The notes: generated by a model from the sequence alone, not told the origin. A stretch of 32,000 nt of DNA from Candidatus Paracaedimonas acanthamoebae (GCA_000743035.1 CP008936.1:870001-902000); one strand, 5' to 3'; positions 19,245-29,806 are shown, counted from the stretch's first letter. A program made the numbers and translations.

Positions 19245-20102
19245 TTATGCATGTTCCTTTTGAAAAATTCCACACCGAATGATCCCAGCTAAATCTGGGA
19301 TCCATTCGTGGATGATAAATCCTGACTCTTTAAAAATTTTCTCAACAGCTTTTTCTTGCCCTTGGCCAATTTCAAGAAATAAACGTCCTGAAAACTTTAA
19401 TAAGCGAAAAACATGAGGTGCTAAAGAACGATAAGCTTCCAGACCATCTTCTCCTCCAAATAAAGCTACTTCTGGATCATAGTGAATCACTTCAGGGGAA
19501 AGCACTTGACGTTCTTTTTCAGCAATGTATGGAGGATTTGAAATAATGATATCAAACTCTTCTTCTACGCCTTCTCCCCAAGAGGTATTTATAAGTCTAA
19601 GGCGGTCTTGTAACTTAAATCTTTTTAAATTAAGCTGAGCAACCTCTAAAGCTGAGGCTGATTTATCGATTCCTACACCAAGACTATATGGATATTCATG
19701 AAGCAAGGTGATAATTAGACATCCTGTCCCAACCCCCAAATCAAGAATATTAAAAGTCATTTCTCTAGAAGAATAAGTTTTAAGAACTGCTTCTATTAAT
19801 GTTTCGCTATCAGGCCGAGGATCTAAAGTTTCAGCCTTTACAATAAAAGGTAAACTCCAAAATTCTTTTTCTTCTCTGATTTTTGAAAGAGGTTCATATG
19901 AAGATCTTCGTAATACCCAACTTTCATACTTTTCAATCTGCTTGGTTGTCAGCTTTTTATGAGGAGAAACTATGATTTTTTCTAAGGAAAAATTTAAAGC
20001 GTACATAAGCAGGAATCGAGCTTCTTGATAACTGTTTACAATTCCTGCTTGCTCTAGTTTTTTCTGAGCTTCTAAAAGAACATCACGAATTGTTAATGCC
20101 AT
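19245..20102 (-). CDS. prmC: Release-factor glutamine N5-methyltransferase
   Basis: 285 aa with the SAM-binding DLGVGTG motif and the NPPY motif (IISNPPYI). Its start overlaps the prfA stop (TAATG). Confidence 0.92.
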   Translation of the reverse strand: MALTIRDVLLEAQKKLEQAGIVNSYQEARFLLMYALNFSLEKIIVSPHKKLTTKQIEKYESWVLRRSSYEPLSKIREEKEFWSLPFIVKAETLDPRPDSETLIEAVLKTYSSREMTFNILDLGVGTGCLIITLLHEYPYSLGVGIDKSASALEVAQLNLKRFKLQDRLRLINTSWGEGVEEEFDIIISNPPYIAEKERQVLSPEVIHYDPEVALFGGEDGLEAYRSLAPHVFRLLKFSGRLFLEIGQGQEKAVEKIFKESGFIIHEWIPDLAGIIRCGIFQKEHA

Positions 20103-21181
20103 TACTCAGCAACATCAGCAAGGCGACTTGCTTGATCTTCTGTAATAAGGGCATCAAGTAATTCATCCAAAGCTGTTGCCTCCATGACTTGATCCAACTT
20201 ATATAATGTTAAATTTATACGATGATCAGTCACACGCCCTTGAGGATAATTATAGGTTCGAATCCGTTCAGAACGATCACCAGATCCAACTTGATTTTTT
20301 CGCGATGCTGACCTTTCTGCCTCGCGCTTTTGTCTTTCAAGATCATAGAGCCTTGCTCGTAAAATTTTAAGCGCTTTTGCCTTGTTCTTATGCTGAGATT
20401 TTTCATCTTGTTGCTGTACAACAAGGCCAGAAGGAATGTGCGTAATCCGAACAGCACTATCTGTTGTATTCACTGATTGGCCACCTGGTCCACTTGAACG
20501 ATATACATCAATTCGTAAATCTTTTTCTTCGATCACAATATCAACCTCTTCCACTTCAGGCAAAACAGCAACAGTTGCTGTACTGGTATGAATTCTCCCT
20601 TGTGATTCGGTCGCTGGCACACGTTGAACACGATGAACTCCAGACTCGAATTTAAGGCGTGAATAGGCCCCTTTTCCCATGACTGAAGCGCTGACTTCTT
20701 TTATGCCCCCGATGCCTGTATCTGTTAGGCTTATAATCTCAAAACGCCACCTTAACCCTTCAGCATAGCGTTGATACATGCGCAATAGATTGCTTGCAAA
20801 CAAAGCAGCTTCATCACCGCCAGCTCCTCCCCGGATTTCAAGGATAACGTTACGTTCATCATCAACATCTTTAGGCAACAAAAGTACTTTTATTTGATGT
20901 TCAAGGTTAGGAATCTGTTCTTTTCGAGCTCTTAAATCTTCTTCTGCGAGCGCTTTAAATTCTGCATCAAGAGTAGAATCTTGAAGTAATTCTTCTAGAT
21001 TTTTGACCTCACTTTGCTCTTTACGCAATAATGTAATAGCTTCAGCAACATCTTTAAGATCTGAATACTCTTTCGAAAGGCGCACAAACTCTTGTCCACT
21101 TTCATGATTTCCTGTGCCGAGCATATCTCCAAGCTCATGATAACGTGCAAGAACCTGGTTTAGCTTATTGTCAAAACTCAC
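20102..21181 (-). CDS. prfA: Peptide chain release factor 1
   Basis: 359 aa with a GTG start, the RF1 tripeptide PAT ([14 protein letters not shown]) and the GGQ motif (SGPGGQSVN). Confidence 0.96.
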   Translation of the reverse strand: MSFDNKLNQVLARYHELGDMLGTGNHESGQEFVRLSKEYSDLKDVAEAITLLRKEQSEVKNLEELLQDSTLDAEFKALAEEDLRARKEQIPNLEHQIKVLLLPKDVDDERNVILEIRGGAGGDEAALFASNLLRMYQRYAEGLRWRFEIISLTDTGIGGIKEVSASVMGKGAYSRLKFESGVHRVQRVPATESQGRIHTSTATVAVLPEVEEVDIVIEEKDLRIDVYRSSGPGGQSVNTTDSAVRITHIPSGLVVQQQDEKSQHKNKAKALKILRARLYDLERQKREAERSASRKNQVGSGDRSERIRTYNYPQGRVTDHRINLTLYKLDQVMEATALDELLDALITEDQASRLADVAE

Positions 21182-21186
21182 GCTTA

Positions 21187-22419
21187 TTATTCCTTTATTA
21201 ATTTATCAATCAGCTTTGTGAAAGAAACCTTTTCTTGATCCCCTGTTATAAAATCTCTCACGAGAGCTTCTTGTGCTCTTATTTCATCTTCACCAATAAT
21301 GATAGCATGAGTTGCATTTACTTTATCAGCCCGCTTTAAGCGTTTAGATAAATTTCCATGATAGCCCATATCAACGAAAATTCCTTTATAACGTAGTTCT
21401 TGCGCTAGCTTAAAGCAAACCTTTTCAGCCTCATCTCCTAGGGGAATGATTGCTACTGGAGCCCTAGTCTCTGGTAGTTCTGGTCCTAATAGTGTGAGAC
21501 GATCAACTCCTGCCCCCCAACCAACACCAGGAAGATGTGGGCCTCCCATCATTTCGACAAGATTATCATAGCGGCCTCCCGCTATAACTGCACTGTGTGC
21601 CCCTAATGCGTCTGTGATGAATTCAAATGTTGTGTGACAATAATAATCTAATCCACGCACTAAACGCGTATTAATTTTATAAGGTATCTCTAATACCTTT
21701 AATCCCTCACAAACATCTTTAAAAAACAATTTTGAAGTTTCATTTAAGTAATCGCCATAAACAGGAGCTTCTTTTATCATTTCTTGATCTTGTTCAGATT
21801 TGGAATCTAAAATTCTCAAAGGATTGCGCTCGAGTCTGTCTTGGCTTTCAGGAGATAATTTAGATCGTAGTGGATTAAGATAGGTCAGAAGTGCCTTTTT
21901 ATAAGTCTCTCTGCTTTCATAATCCCCTAGAGTATTGACTTCAAGTTTAACTTTATGTTCAACACCTAGGGCCTTTAAAATATGATGGGCCATAGCAATG
22001 ACCTCAACATCTGCGGCTGGGTTTGCCGTTCCTATAAGCTCAACGCCTACTTGCTCAAACTGTCGATAACGACCTTTCTGAGGGCGTTCATATCGAAACA
22101 TAGAACCCGCATAAGAAAGTTTTAAAGGCGCATTCTGAGCCAACCCATTGGAAATCACAGCACGAACAATTCCTGCCGTCCCCTCTGGACGAAGGGTGAG
22201 TTCCTCCCCTCCCCTATCTTTAAATGTATAAGTTTCTTTACTTACAACGTCGGATGTTTCGCCAAGACGATGAAAAACCCCTGAAAATTCAAATATAGGC
22301 GTTGAGATTTCTTCAAAACCATAATAACCCACCACTTTCATTGCTTCTTTAACAATAAAACGATATTGGCGACATTCGTCAGACAATAAGTCATGCGTCC
22401 CACGGACAGGCTGAAACAC
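21187..22419 (-). CDS. hisS: Histidyl-tRNA synthetase
   Basis: 410 aa with a GTG start. Motifs present: N-terminal [33 protein letters not shown] and GGGRYD-like (AGGRYDNL). Confidence 0.95.
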   Translation of the reverse strand: MFQPVRGTHDLLSDECRQYRFIVKEAMKVVGYYGFEEISTPIFEFSGVFHRLGETSDVVSKETYTFKDRGGEELTLRPEGTAGIVRAVISNGLAQNAPLKLSYAGSMFRYERPQKGRYRQFEQVGVELIGTANPAADVEVIAMAHHILKALGVEHKVKLEVNTLGDYESRETYKKALLTYLNPLRSKLSPESQDRLERNPLRILDSKSEQDQEMIKEAPVYGDYLNETSKLFFKDVCEGLKVLEIPYKINTRLVRGLDYYCHTTFEFITDALGAHSAVIAGGRYDNLVEMMGGPHLPGVGWGAGVDRLTLLGPELPETRAPVAIIPLGDEAEKVCFKLAQELRYKGIFVDMGYHGNLSKRLKRADKVNATHAIIIGEDEIRAQEALVRDFITGDQEKVSFTKLIDKLIKE

Positions 22420-22441
22420 GAATACACTCCATTAGTTTCTA

Positions 22442-22469
22442 GCTTAAGTTCCTGAAAAGGAGCTTAAGC
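22442..22469. other. Imperfect 11-bp hairpin between the rodZ-like stop and the hisS start
   Basis: GCTTAAGTTCC-tgaaaa-GGAGCTTAAGC, with one T/C position that would be a G-U pair in RNA. There is no downstream U-run on the minus strand, so it is not a typical terminator. Confidence 0.3.
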
Positions 22470-22482
22470 TTATTTATTATAT

Positions 22483-23526
22483 TTAACGTGCGTTAAGATA
22501 AGAGAGTAATGATTGATCGTCTAGCAAAATATGCTGTTTAACTTCACCTTTTCTACCTAAAGGTTTTGGAGGATTATCTCCAATGCTCACATTAATGCCA
22601 CCTGCATTCCCTGTGAATAAGAGCAACCCCTCTTTTTGAGGAACATCAAATGTATCTCCAGGCATCATCGTTTTTACAAAAATAATCTCTCCCTGAGTAT
22701 TCCTTATTTGAACCCAAGTTTCTTCAGTACAACTCAACTTTATACTAGTAGCTATTTGTGCATTTTTCTTAACAGTAGGTATTTCCCCTACAAGTTTTTC
22801 TGGTATTTTATTTTCTTCTTTTTCTATATTTTTTGAAGCAGCTTTAACATTATTTTGAGGAATTAAGTTTTCTGCAGTTTTATCATCCTCAATTGGCTTA
22901 GAAATAATTGATGCCGTTGATAAAGAAGTCTCCTCAACCGGCTTCTCAGGTAAATCTTTTTGAAACTGAGCTTGCGCAGGATCAAGTTTTTCAGATCTCA
23001 TGAATGTTTTATCCGATGGCGTAGAGTCTAAGATCTCATGTTTTTCTTTAGAAATTGAATTCATGATAAGCCAAAATAACAAAACACTAACAACAACACC
23101 AACCGATACAAGTAAATATAATCTATTTGGAGCTGTTGATTTCCTTAAAGCTTCTGGAAGATTTAATTGCACACTTTGATTTTCAAGTAAAATTTGTTGT
23201 TTAAAAAGTTCTACACATTTTGATGGCTTTTCTCCTAAAAACTGAGCATAAGCTCGAACAAAACCTAAAGTATAAACTCTTTCAGGAAGAAGCTCCGTAT
23301 TTCCTTCTTCAATAGCTTCAAGATATCGCCCTCCAATCCTTAGAACTTCAGAAACTTCTTCTATTTTATAATGTTTCCGTTCTCTAATCTTTCGGAATTG
23401 ATGGCCTACATGCTGAGGTACTTTAATCTCGTTTACAGGAGAATTCTTCTCACTTTGCTCAACAGACTCTTTTTTTCTCTTTTTCAAAAGTTCTGCCTTC
23501 GTTACTGCCTTTTTCTTAACGTTCAT
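22483..23526 (-). CDS. rodZ: RodZ-like cytoskeleton protein (XRE-type HTH, single TM, C-terminal DUF4115-like domain)
   Basis: HTH region (VGHQFRKIRERKHYKIEEVSEVLRIGGRYLEAIEEG), a TM segment (LYLLVSVGVVVSVLLFWLIM), a low-complexity linker and a conserved beta-rich C-terminus. The track start at 23580 is less likely than the ATG at 23526 (MNVKKK). Confidence 0.8.
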   Translation of the reverse strand: MNVKKKAVTKAELLKKRKKESVEQSEKNSPVNEIKVPQHVGHQFRKIRERKHYKIEEVSEVLRIGGRYLEAIEEGNTELLPERVYTLGFVRAYAQFLGEKPSKCVELFKQQILLENQSVQLNLPEALRKSTAPNRLYLLVSVGVVVSVLLFWLIMNSISKEKHEILDSTPSDKTFMRSEKLDPAQAQFQKDLPEKPVEETSLSTASIISKPIEDDKTAENLIPQNNVKAASKNIEKEENKIPEKLVGEIPTVKKNAQIATSIKLSCTEETWVQIRNTQGEIIFVKTMMPGDTFDVPQKEGLLLFTGNAGGINVSIGDNPPKPLGRKGEVKQHILLDDQSLLSYLNAR

Positions 23527-23592
23527 GCAATCACTTCCCCTTAAGTTACTATAAAATAAATAGCTATATCTTAAAAACAAGTCAATCCGTCT

Positions 23593-23620
23593 AAAAAACT
23601 TATGAGGAAATACATAAGTT
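23593..23620 (-). terminator. Weak intrinsic-terminator-like hairpin
   Basis: 8-bp inverted repeat AACTTATG-aggaaata-CATAAGTT (23597-23604 / 23613-23620), followed on the minus strand by about 4 extra Ts. The stem is AT-rich, so this is weak. Confidence 0.3.
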
Positions 23621-23867
23621 AATAAATTGGTATATAATGCCTTTATGTAAGATTTCTATATTATAGGATTACAAAAAATTTATCATTTCAGTGTATTTAT
23701 AAATTCATTAAAAATAATTAGTACTTAATCTCTATTTTTTTAGGGAGATAAACTCAATTAAGTAATAAATAAATATCTCTTTTTAACTCTTTTAAATTTA
23801 GAAATTTTTCTTATCTTCAAAAGGATGCTTACTAAATTTTTCTAAAAGTTTTATGCTAAAACTTTAA

Positions 23868-24956
23868 TTAAGCTATTTTTACTTTTTCTCGCATTTCAAT
23901 TGTAATTATTGCTTGAGCAATAAGCTCTTCAATAATTTCTTTAGCTGGCTGCTCTTTATCCACAAGACCAACACTTTGTCCTGCCATAACTGAGCCTGTT
24001 TCAATATCACCATCAATGACAGCCCGCCGTAAAGCACCTGCCCAATACTTCTCAATTTTAAGTTGCCCTTCTTTAAGGTCAACTTCACCTGCATTAACTT
24101 GTTGAATGACTTGCCGCTGAAATTCAATAAATTTTTGTGTCCCTTCATTTTCCAAAGCACGTACAGGGATCACAGGAAAGCGCGCATCAAGTTGAGGAGA
24201 AATAATGGCATCTCGTGAAGAAGCCCGAATAAAGGCTTGCTTAAATTTAGGATGAGCTCTGCATTCTGAAGCACAAACAAAACGTGTCCCCAATTGACAT
24301 CCTGATGCCCCCATCTCAAGGTAACTTAAAATGGCTTCACCACGACCTATTCCACCAGCGACAAAAACAGGAACCTCTTTTAAAGCAGGAATAATTTCTT
24401 GTGCCAGAACAGAAGTCGTCACGGGACCAATGTGCCCCCCAGCTTCATGGCCTTCAATCACAAGAGCATCAACCCCCATACGGACCAATCGTCTTGCTAA
24501 AGCCAGTGCCGGAGCGAAGCATATCATCTTAATCCCAGCATTTTTAACTGCTTTAATAGATTCAGCATTCGGTAACCCACCCGCTAGGATAATATGGCTG
24601 ACACGATGTTGAATGCACACCTCGATAAGCTCATTAAGAGCAGGATGAAGCGTGATCAAATTCACGCCAAACGGGCGCTTTGTCAGTTTTTTTGTCTCTC
24701 TGATTTCCTCATCAAGATGATGTGGCTCCATTGCTCCACAGGCAATCACCCCAAACCCACCAGCATTTGAAATAGCTGATACCAAATAACGTTCTGAAAC
24801 CCATGTCATTGCTCCCGCAAGAATAGGGACATCAACACCTAGAAAATCTTTTCCACGTTGCCATAAAGAGTTTAAGTATGAATATGCCTGCATATCAGCT
24901 TTCCAAATAAAATTATTTCCTTTTGCATAGTCTTCTTTATGAAAACAGGCAAGCAT
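23868..24956 (-). CDS. Nitronate monooxygenase / 2-nitropropane dioxygenase-family FMN oxidoreductase (FabK-related)
   Basis: 362 aa TIM-barrel flavoenzyme pattern (PILAGAMTWVS, GGFGVI, EGHEAGGHIGP, VFVAGGIGRG). An alternative start at the ATG at 24893 has a GGAAAG Shine-Dalgarno-like sequence. Confidence 0.82.
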   Translation of the reverse strand: MLACFHKEDYAKGNNFIWKADMQAYSYLNSLWQRGKDFLGVDVPILAGAMTWVSERYLVSAISNAGGFGVIACGAMEPHHLDEEIRETKKLTKRPFGVNLITLHPALNELIEVCIQHRVSHIILAGGLPNAESIKAVKNAGIKMICFAPALALARRLVRMGVDALVIEGHEAGGHIGPVTTSVLAQEIIPALKEVPVFVAGGIGRGEAILSYLEMGASGCQLGTRFVCASECRAHPKFKQAFIRASSRDAIISPQLDARFPVIPVRALENEGTQKFIEFQRQVIQQVNAGEVDLKEGQLKIEKYWAGALRRAVIDGDIETGSVMAGQSVGLVDKEQPAKEIIEELIAQAIITIEMREKVKIA

Positions 24957-25432
24957 TTTTCACTCTAGCAGTTCAACATTAAAAATGACTTTTAATACTG
25001 TTTAATAAATGTCGTTAAAAATCTTCCTTTATATAATAACTTTTCTGAGATCGCCTCCTATACTTTTTTCCAATTAATTATTCTTTATTTTTGGCTTTCT
25101 TAAAATTCTTAATCCCCGACAACAAGTACCTAATTTTTAAAAAACTTGTTGAAAATGCTTCTTCCTTAAAATTTCTCGCCAACAAGGTAAAGAAGATATC
25201 TTTTTATAGCTAAGTTGACGCTCCTTCCCTTCAGTCAACCAATTATTATAAGCATAATAAATCTCCTCAAAAATATCAAGAAAAAAACCTCATTTTTTGA
25301 ATTATTACTTTTTAAATTCAAAGGCTTATATAAAAAATATATTTTATAATTAACCACTCTTTTAGTAGTTTCAAAAACGTGCTATTTTCCAACAGTAAAA
25401 AGACAAAATTTTGAACTTTTGAGACCTTAAGT

Positions 25433-26209
25433 ATGACTTCTTTTTTCACGAATATTGGCCGGATTTTTTTAAATTTCCTTCAAGGAACGGGCCATTTTAT
25501 AATTTTTATGAATCAGGCTATGGCGATTGGCATTCGCCCACCTTATTATTCACGTCAAATTTTAAAACAAGTCATTGACATTGGGTATTTTTCATTGCCT
25601 GTCGTGGGATTAACAGCGATGTTTACAGGAATGGTGCTTGCTTTGCAAAGCTATACAGGCTTTGCGCGTTTTTCAGCTGAAGGTGCTGTTGCAACCGTCG
25701 TAGTACTGTCCGTAACTCGCGAACTTTCTCCTGTTCTTGCAGGCCTAATGGTCGCAGGTCGTATCGGCGCAGCGATAGCTGCTGAACTTGGCACAATGCG
25801 GGTTACTGAACAAATTGATGCCTTATCAACTCTTTCAACTGATCCTCTTCAATATCTTGTGATGCCTCGTGTTATCGCTGGCACATTTATGCTTCCTCTC
25901 TTAGTTTTAATTGCTGACATTATCGGGGTCTTTGGTGGGTATCTTGTTTCGATTTATAAGCTAGGCTTTAATCCTGGAAACTATTTACATCAAACCCTTC
26001 AGTATTTAAAAGCAATGGATGTGATCTCAGGCCTTGTTAAAGCCTCTGTTTTCGGTTTTTGCATCACTATTATGGGATGCTACCATGGATACTATTCCAA
26101 AGGTGGGGCTCAAGGAGTTGGAAGCGCCACCACAAATGCTGTTGTCTCTTCTTCAATTTTAATTCTCATTTTTAACTATTTATTGACAACGGTTTTTTTT
26201 AATAAATGA
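25433..26209 (+). CDS. mlaE: Phospholipid/lipid-asymmetry ABC transporter permease MlaE
   Basis: 258 aa, multi-TM, typical MlaE/Ttg2B pattern (GTMRVTEQIDAL). A 4-nt overlap joins it to the following ATPase gene. Confidence 0.9.
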   Translation: MTSFFTNIGRIFLNFLQGTGHFIIFMNQAMAIGIRPPYYSRQILKQVIDIGYFSLPVVGLTAMFTGMVLALQSYTGFARFSAEGAVATVVVLSVTRELSPVLAGLMVAGRIGAAIAAELGTMRVTEQIDALSTLSTDPLQYLVMPRVIAGTFMLPLLVLIADIIGVFGGYLVSIYKLGFNPGNYLHQTLQYLKAMDVISGLVKASVFGFCITIMGCYHGYYSKGGAQGVGSATTNAVVSSSILILIFNYLLTTVFFNK

Positions 26210-26982
26210 CAGAACATAAGCTTCCAAGAATTTTTCTAAAAGGCGTCCATAAAGCATTTGGATCTAAAAAAGTATTGCAAGGACTGGATTTGGAAGTCCT
26301 ACCGGGTGAATCCTTAGTCATTATCGGTGGCTCAGGCACAGGTAAATCTGTGATGTTAAAATGTATTCTTGGGCTTATTCAAGCTGATAAAGGCACTATC
26401 CGGATTGACCAACAGGAGGTCATCAATGCCTCTCGTGCTAATTTAGATGCTATACGTCATAAAATAAGCATGCTTTTTCAAGGCTCTGCATTATTCGATA
26501 GTCTTCCTGTTTGGGAAAACATTAGCTTTGTTTTACTGCAAGGAAAAAAAATGGCCCGGCTGCAAGCACGAACATATGCTATTGAAAAGCTGGCCTCTGT
26601 CGGGTTACCTGCTGAGGTTGCCGACCTTTATCCTGCTGAGCTCTCAGGAGGGATGCAACGACGTGTTGCGCTCGCGCGCGCAATTGCACCTAAGCCAGAA
26701 ATCCTGTTTTTTGATGAACCAACAACAGGACTTGATCCTATTATGGGAGGCGTCATTAATGACTTAATAAGAGCTAGCGTAGATGAATTAGGCGCAACAG
26801 CAATTACAATTACACATGATATGGCAAGCGCTAAGAAAATCGCGGATAGAATTGCTATGATCTATCAAGGAAAAATTGTCTGGCAAGGTCCTGCCAAAGA
26901 TATTGGAAAGACTGACAACCCCTATGTCCAACAATTTATCCATGGTCGCAACCAAGGTCCAATTAAAGTGGATGTAAATTAA
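26206..26982 (+). CDS. mlaF: Phospholipid ABC transporter ATP-binding protein MlaF
   Basis: 258 aa with Walker A GGSGTGKS, signature LSGGMQRRVALARA and Walker B ILFFDEPTTGLDP. Confidence 0.9.
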   Translation: MTEHKLPRIFLKGVHKAFGSKKVLQGLDLEVLPGESLVIIGGSGTGKSVMLKCILGLIQADKGTIRIDQQEVINASRANLDAIRHKISMLFQGSALFDSLPVWENISFVLLQGKKMARLQARTYAIEKLASVGLPAEVADLYPAELSGGMQRRVALARAIAPKPEILFFDEPTTGLDPIMGGVINDLIRASVDELGATAITITHDMASAKKIADRIAMIYQGKIVWQGPAKDIGKTDNPYVQQFIHGRNQGPIKVDVN

Positions 26983-26983
26983 T

Positions 26984-28342
26984 ATGGCAAAGCCTACTGT
27001 TCTCTATGTATGTCAACAGTGTGGCATGAGCCATCCTCGTTGGACAGGACGCTGTAGCGGCTGTGAAAGCTGGAATACTCTTGTTGAAGAAGTTCAAATT
27101 TCTTCTCCTGCCTTTAAGCACCATAAACAATCCCGGGGAAAACTTATTGAGTTTACAAAACTGGCAGAACAATCGCCTACTCTACCACGAGCTTTAACAG
27201 GCCTTGCCGAATTCGATCGCGTTTGTGGCGGCGGTCTTGTACCAGGTTCAGTCATTCTTGTGGGGGGAGATCCTGGTATCGGAAAATCCACGTTATTACT
27301 CCAAGTTGCAGCCTTATTAAGTCAACGGCAACCTTGCTCTTATATTTCTGGCGAAGAAGCCGTCGAACAGGTCAGAATGAGAGCCCATCGTCTGCACTTA
27401 CAAGAATCACCTTTACTCCTCGCTTCAAGCACAAATGTAGGTGAAATTATTGCGTCATTGGATCATGCCAACTCTGTTCCTCTGGTCATTATTGATTCAA
27501 TCCAAACAATGTCAATTGATGCCATTGAATCCGCTCCAGGATCTGTTAGCCAAGTTCGAGCAGCAGCCCTTGAGCTTACCCGTCTCGCTAAAAAACGGGG
27601 TATTACAGTTATTATGGTAGGTCATGTAACAAAAGAAGGTATGATTGCTGGCCCTAAAGTTTTAGAACATATGGTCGATACAGTTCTTTACTTTGAAGGT
27701 GAACGAGGCCATCAATTTCGAATTTTAAGAGCTGTAAAAAATCGATTTGGGGCAACAGATGAAATTGGCGTCTTTGAAATGACGCAAGCAGGATTACAAG
27801 AAGTAGCTAATCCTTCCGCACTTTTTCTTTCTGAGCGCCAAGGAGATGCCAGTGGATCTGCAGTTTTTGCAGGAATTGAAGGCACACGCCCTTTATTGGT
27901 TGAAATACAAGCACTGGTCTCGCCAGCTTCCTACGGAACTCCCCGTCGCGCCGTTATCGGCTGGGATGCAGGTCGGCTTGCCATGGTTTTAGCCGTTCTT
28001 GAAACACGTTGTGGCATCCCTTTTAGCGCAAAAGATGTTTATTTGAATGTTGCTGGGGGATTAAAGATTTCTGAGCCTGCAGCTGATCTTGCTGTTGCGT
28101 CAGCTCTTATGTCTGCCTTAAGGGGGAAATCTCTTCCTAGTGATGCCATTTTTTTTGGAGAAATTGGCCTTTCAGGAGAACTTCGTTCTGTTGGACAGAA
28201 CGAGCTACGGCTCAAGGAAGCAGCTAAACTTGGATTTAAACAAGCCTTCTTACCTCCAAGCCGTCAAAAGCACGCATTGAGCCAAGATTTAAGTGTTCGT
28301 TTACATGAAATTGCTTTATTAAAAGATTTTGTTCTCTTTTAA
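26984..28342 (+). CDS. radA: DNA repair protein RadA (Sms)
   Basis: 452 aa with an N-terminal zinc finger (CQQCG...CSGC), Walker A GDPGIGKST, the KNRFG motif and a Lon-like C-terminal domain. Confidence 0.96.
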   Translation: MAKPTVLYVCQQCGMSHPRWTGRCSGCESWNTLVEEVQISSPAFKHHKQSRGKLIEFTKLAEQSPTLPRALTGLAEFDRVCGGGLVPGSVILVGGDPGIGKSTLLLQVAALLSQRQPCSYISGEEAVEQVRMRAHRLHLQESPLLLASSTNVGEIIASLDHANSVPLVIIDSIQTMSIDAIESAPGSVSQVRAAALELTRLAKKRGITVIMVGHVTKEGMIAGPKVLEHMVDTVLYFEGERGHQFRILRAVKNRFGATDEIGVFEMTQAGLQEVANPSALFLSERQGDASGSAVFAGIEGTRPLLVEIQALVSPASYGTPRRAVIGWDAGRLAMVLAVLETRCGIPFSAKDVYLNVAGGLKISEPAADLAVASALMSALRGKSLPSDAIFFGEIGLSGELRSVGQNELRLKEAAKLGFKQAFLPPSRQKHALSQDLSVRLHEIALLKDFVLF

Positions 28343-28416
28343 AATGAGATTTATAAATTGAAAATTATTTTGTTTTTATTTAGTAATAATGCAGATTTAA
28401 TAGTTAAAATAAGCTA

Positions 28417-29115
28417 ATGACTGATTCTTCTCTTATTATCTCTGAGTTTAATGCGGTTGACATGGGCATTCTTGCGCTTTTGGCTCTATCTGCCCTTATT
28501 GGTGTCATACGTGGTTTTACAAGGGAATTTTTTGGAATTGCAGGTTGGGCAGGAGCATTTCTTGTAACAATCTGGGGAATTCCCTTCTTGAAGCCTCTCG
28601 TATATAAATGGGTTGGAAATTCACTTTTTGCAGATATTATTTCAGCATTAAGCTTATTTATCTTCTCATTCGTTACCTTTATGACGCTTATCCGTGCCAC
28701 GTCTAATCGCGTTAAAGGCAGTATCCTTGTAAGTCTAGACCGTTCTTTGGGGCTTCTTTTTGGCCTATTACGTGGTAGTGCTATTGCTATTTTCCTTTTT
28801 TTTATGAGTAATCTTTTATGGAAGCCTGATCATCGCCCCCTACTCCTTTTATCAGCAAAATCTTATCCTCTCCTATTGAAGAGTACAGAAACCATTCTTT
28901 TATTTTTTCCAAAAGACTTGATTTCAACAACATTTTTTAAATCCAAGATTGAAACTTCGAGCGCTTTTCTTGAAAATCCAGAAAAGCTTATGGAAGCACT
29001 TTCACAACCTAAACCTAAAGAAAGTGAGAAAAATAAAGCGGATGGATACCGTTCTCAGCACCGCCATTCAATGGACCGTCTTATCCAAAATTATAAAAAT
29101 GAAGAAGAAGCTTAA
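28417..29115 (+). CDS. cvpA: CvpA-family membrane protein (colicin V production protein homologue)
   Basis: 232 aa. The N-terminal 4-TM CvpA pattern (FNAVDMGILALLALSALIGVIRGFTREFFGIAGW) is followed by a hydrophilic tail. Confidence 0.85.
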   Translation: MTDSSLIISEFNAVDMGILALLALSALIGVIRGFTREFFGIAGWAGAFLVTIWGIPFLKPLVYKWVGNSLFADIISALSLFIFSFVTFMTLIRATSNRVKGSILVSLDRSLGLLFGLLRGSAIAIFLFFMSNLLWKPDHRPLLLLSAKSYPLLLKSTETILLFFPKDLISTTFFKSKIETSSAFLENPEKLMEALSQPKPKESEKNKADGYRSQHRHSMDRLIQNYKNEEEA

Positions 29116-29233
29116 ATAAAATCCTAAAGAGGGAGAGAGTTGCAAGGACAACAAAGGAGAAAACTGTAAGACCCTTTTTACTTCCTATCCATTTACACCT
29201 TCATCATCCTTGCTCATTCTCCAGGATCTTAAA

Positions 29234-29259
29234 CCTTTCCTGTGCGCACTCAGGAAAGG
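29234..29259. repeat. Perfect 9-bp-stem hairpin CCTTTCCTG-tgcgcact-CAGGAAAGG (related to the one at 30130-30158)
   Basis: Read directly. The arms are at 29234-29242 and 29251-29259. It lies at the 3' boundary of the transposase remnant. Confidence 0.8.
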
Positions 29260-29605
29260 CTGAAATGCCATTTCATCCAGAGAAAAGACCTTCTGCCGAA
29301 AAATCCAAAAATAATTTTGGCCTTCCTTTTAATCCCCTCTCGCATGCTTTTGGGGTTTATCTCCCTTACTATGCCCCTCACATTCGCAAGGACGACCAAA
29401 GTAGAGATCACAAAAAAAGAAAAAGACCTCATCTCAATTTTGAGATTTCTTGGCTTTCTTCCCTTCCAAGAATCTTTGATACAAAGATCAGAAATATTTC
29501 TTGAAAAGAAAGCCTTTCCTCTTGCTTTTTGGCTTTTCTCCTCACCATACCTTTCACGTATACTGAGATCCTTTTGCCACCTAGTTGCATCACCAGGTTG
29601 CCTGA

Positions 29606-29632
29606 GATCCCCGGGACAAGCCCGGGGATGAC
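29606..29632 (-). repeat. Small GC-rich hairpin repeat, copy 1 (rc: GTCATCCCCGGGcttgtCCCGGGGATC)
   Basis: Perfect 9-bp stem ATCCCCGGG / CCCGGGGAT (29607-29615 / 29621-29629) with the 5-nt loop acaag, flanked by GAC. Confidence 0.8.
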
Positions 29633-29725
29633 AACAGGATGGGATCTGGGGTGACAAACGACTGATCGCTTGCCTTTATACTGCCCCCCTTTCCTTTACC
29701 AACGAGCACTTCTGTCCCCAATTTC

Positions 29726-29754
29726 GTCATCCTAGGCCCTGTGCCGAGGATCCC
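29726..29754 (+). repeat. Small GC-rich hairpin repeat, copy 2 (GTCATCCTAGGCcctgtGCCGAGGATCCC)
   Basis: 9-bp stem with one mismatch (29729-29737 / 29743-29751) and a 5-nt loop. It has the same GTCATCC...GGATC frame as copy 1, in the opposite orientation. Confidence 0.7.
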
Positions 29755-29806
29755 AAGCGACCGAAAGATCTCTCCTGTCGCCATTCGATGCCTCTCATCC
29801 TTCCCT

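Noticed and set aside
20255-20265. GGTTCGAATCC, the canonical tRNA T-loop sequence
   Set aside because: The flanking bases cannot form a T-stem or acceptor stem, and it lies inside the well-supported prfA coding sequence.
29653-29662. GACAAACGAC, reminiscent of the start of a tmRNA tag reading frame (ANDE...)
   Set aside because: It is followed immediately by TGA. There is no tRNA-like acceptor or T-arm nearby, and it lies within a degenerate hairpin-repeat copy.
29116-29700. Possible purF relic downstream of cvpA, since cvpA-purF is a common pairing
   Set aside because: No frame on the plus strand shows the MCG(I/V) N-terminus or any amidophosphoribosyltransferase-like motif.
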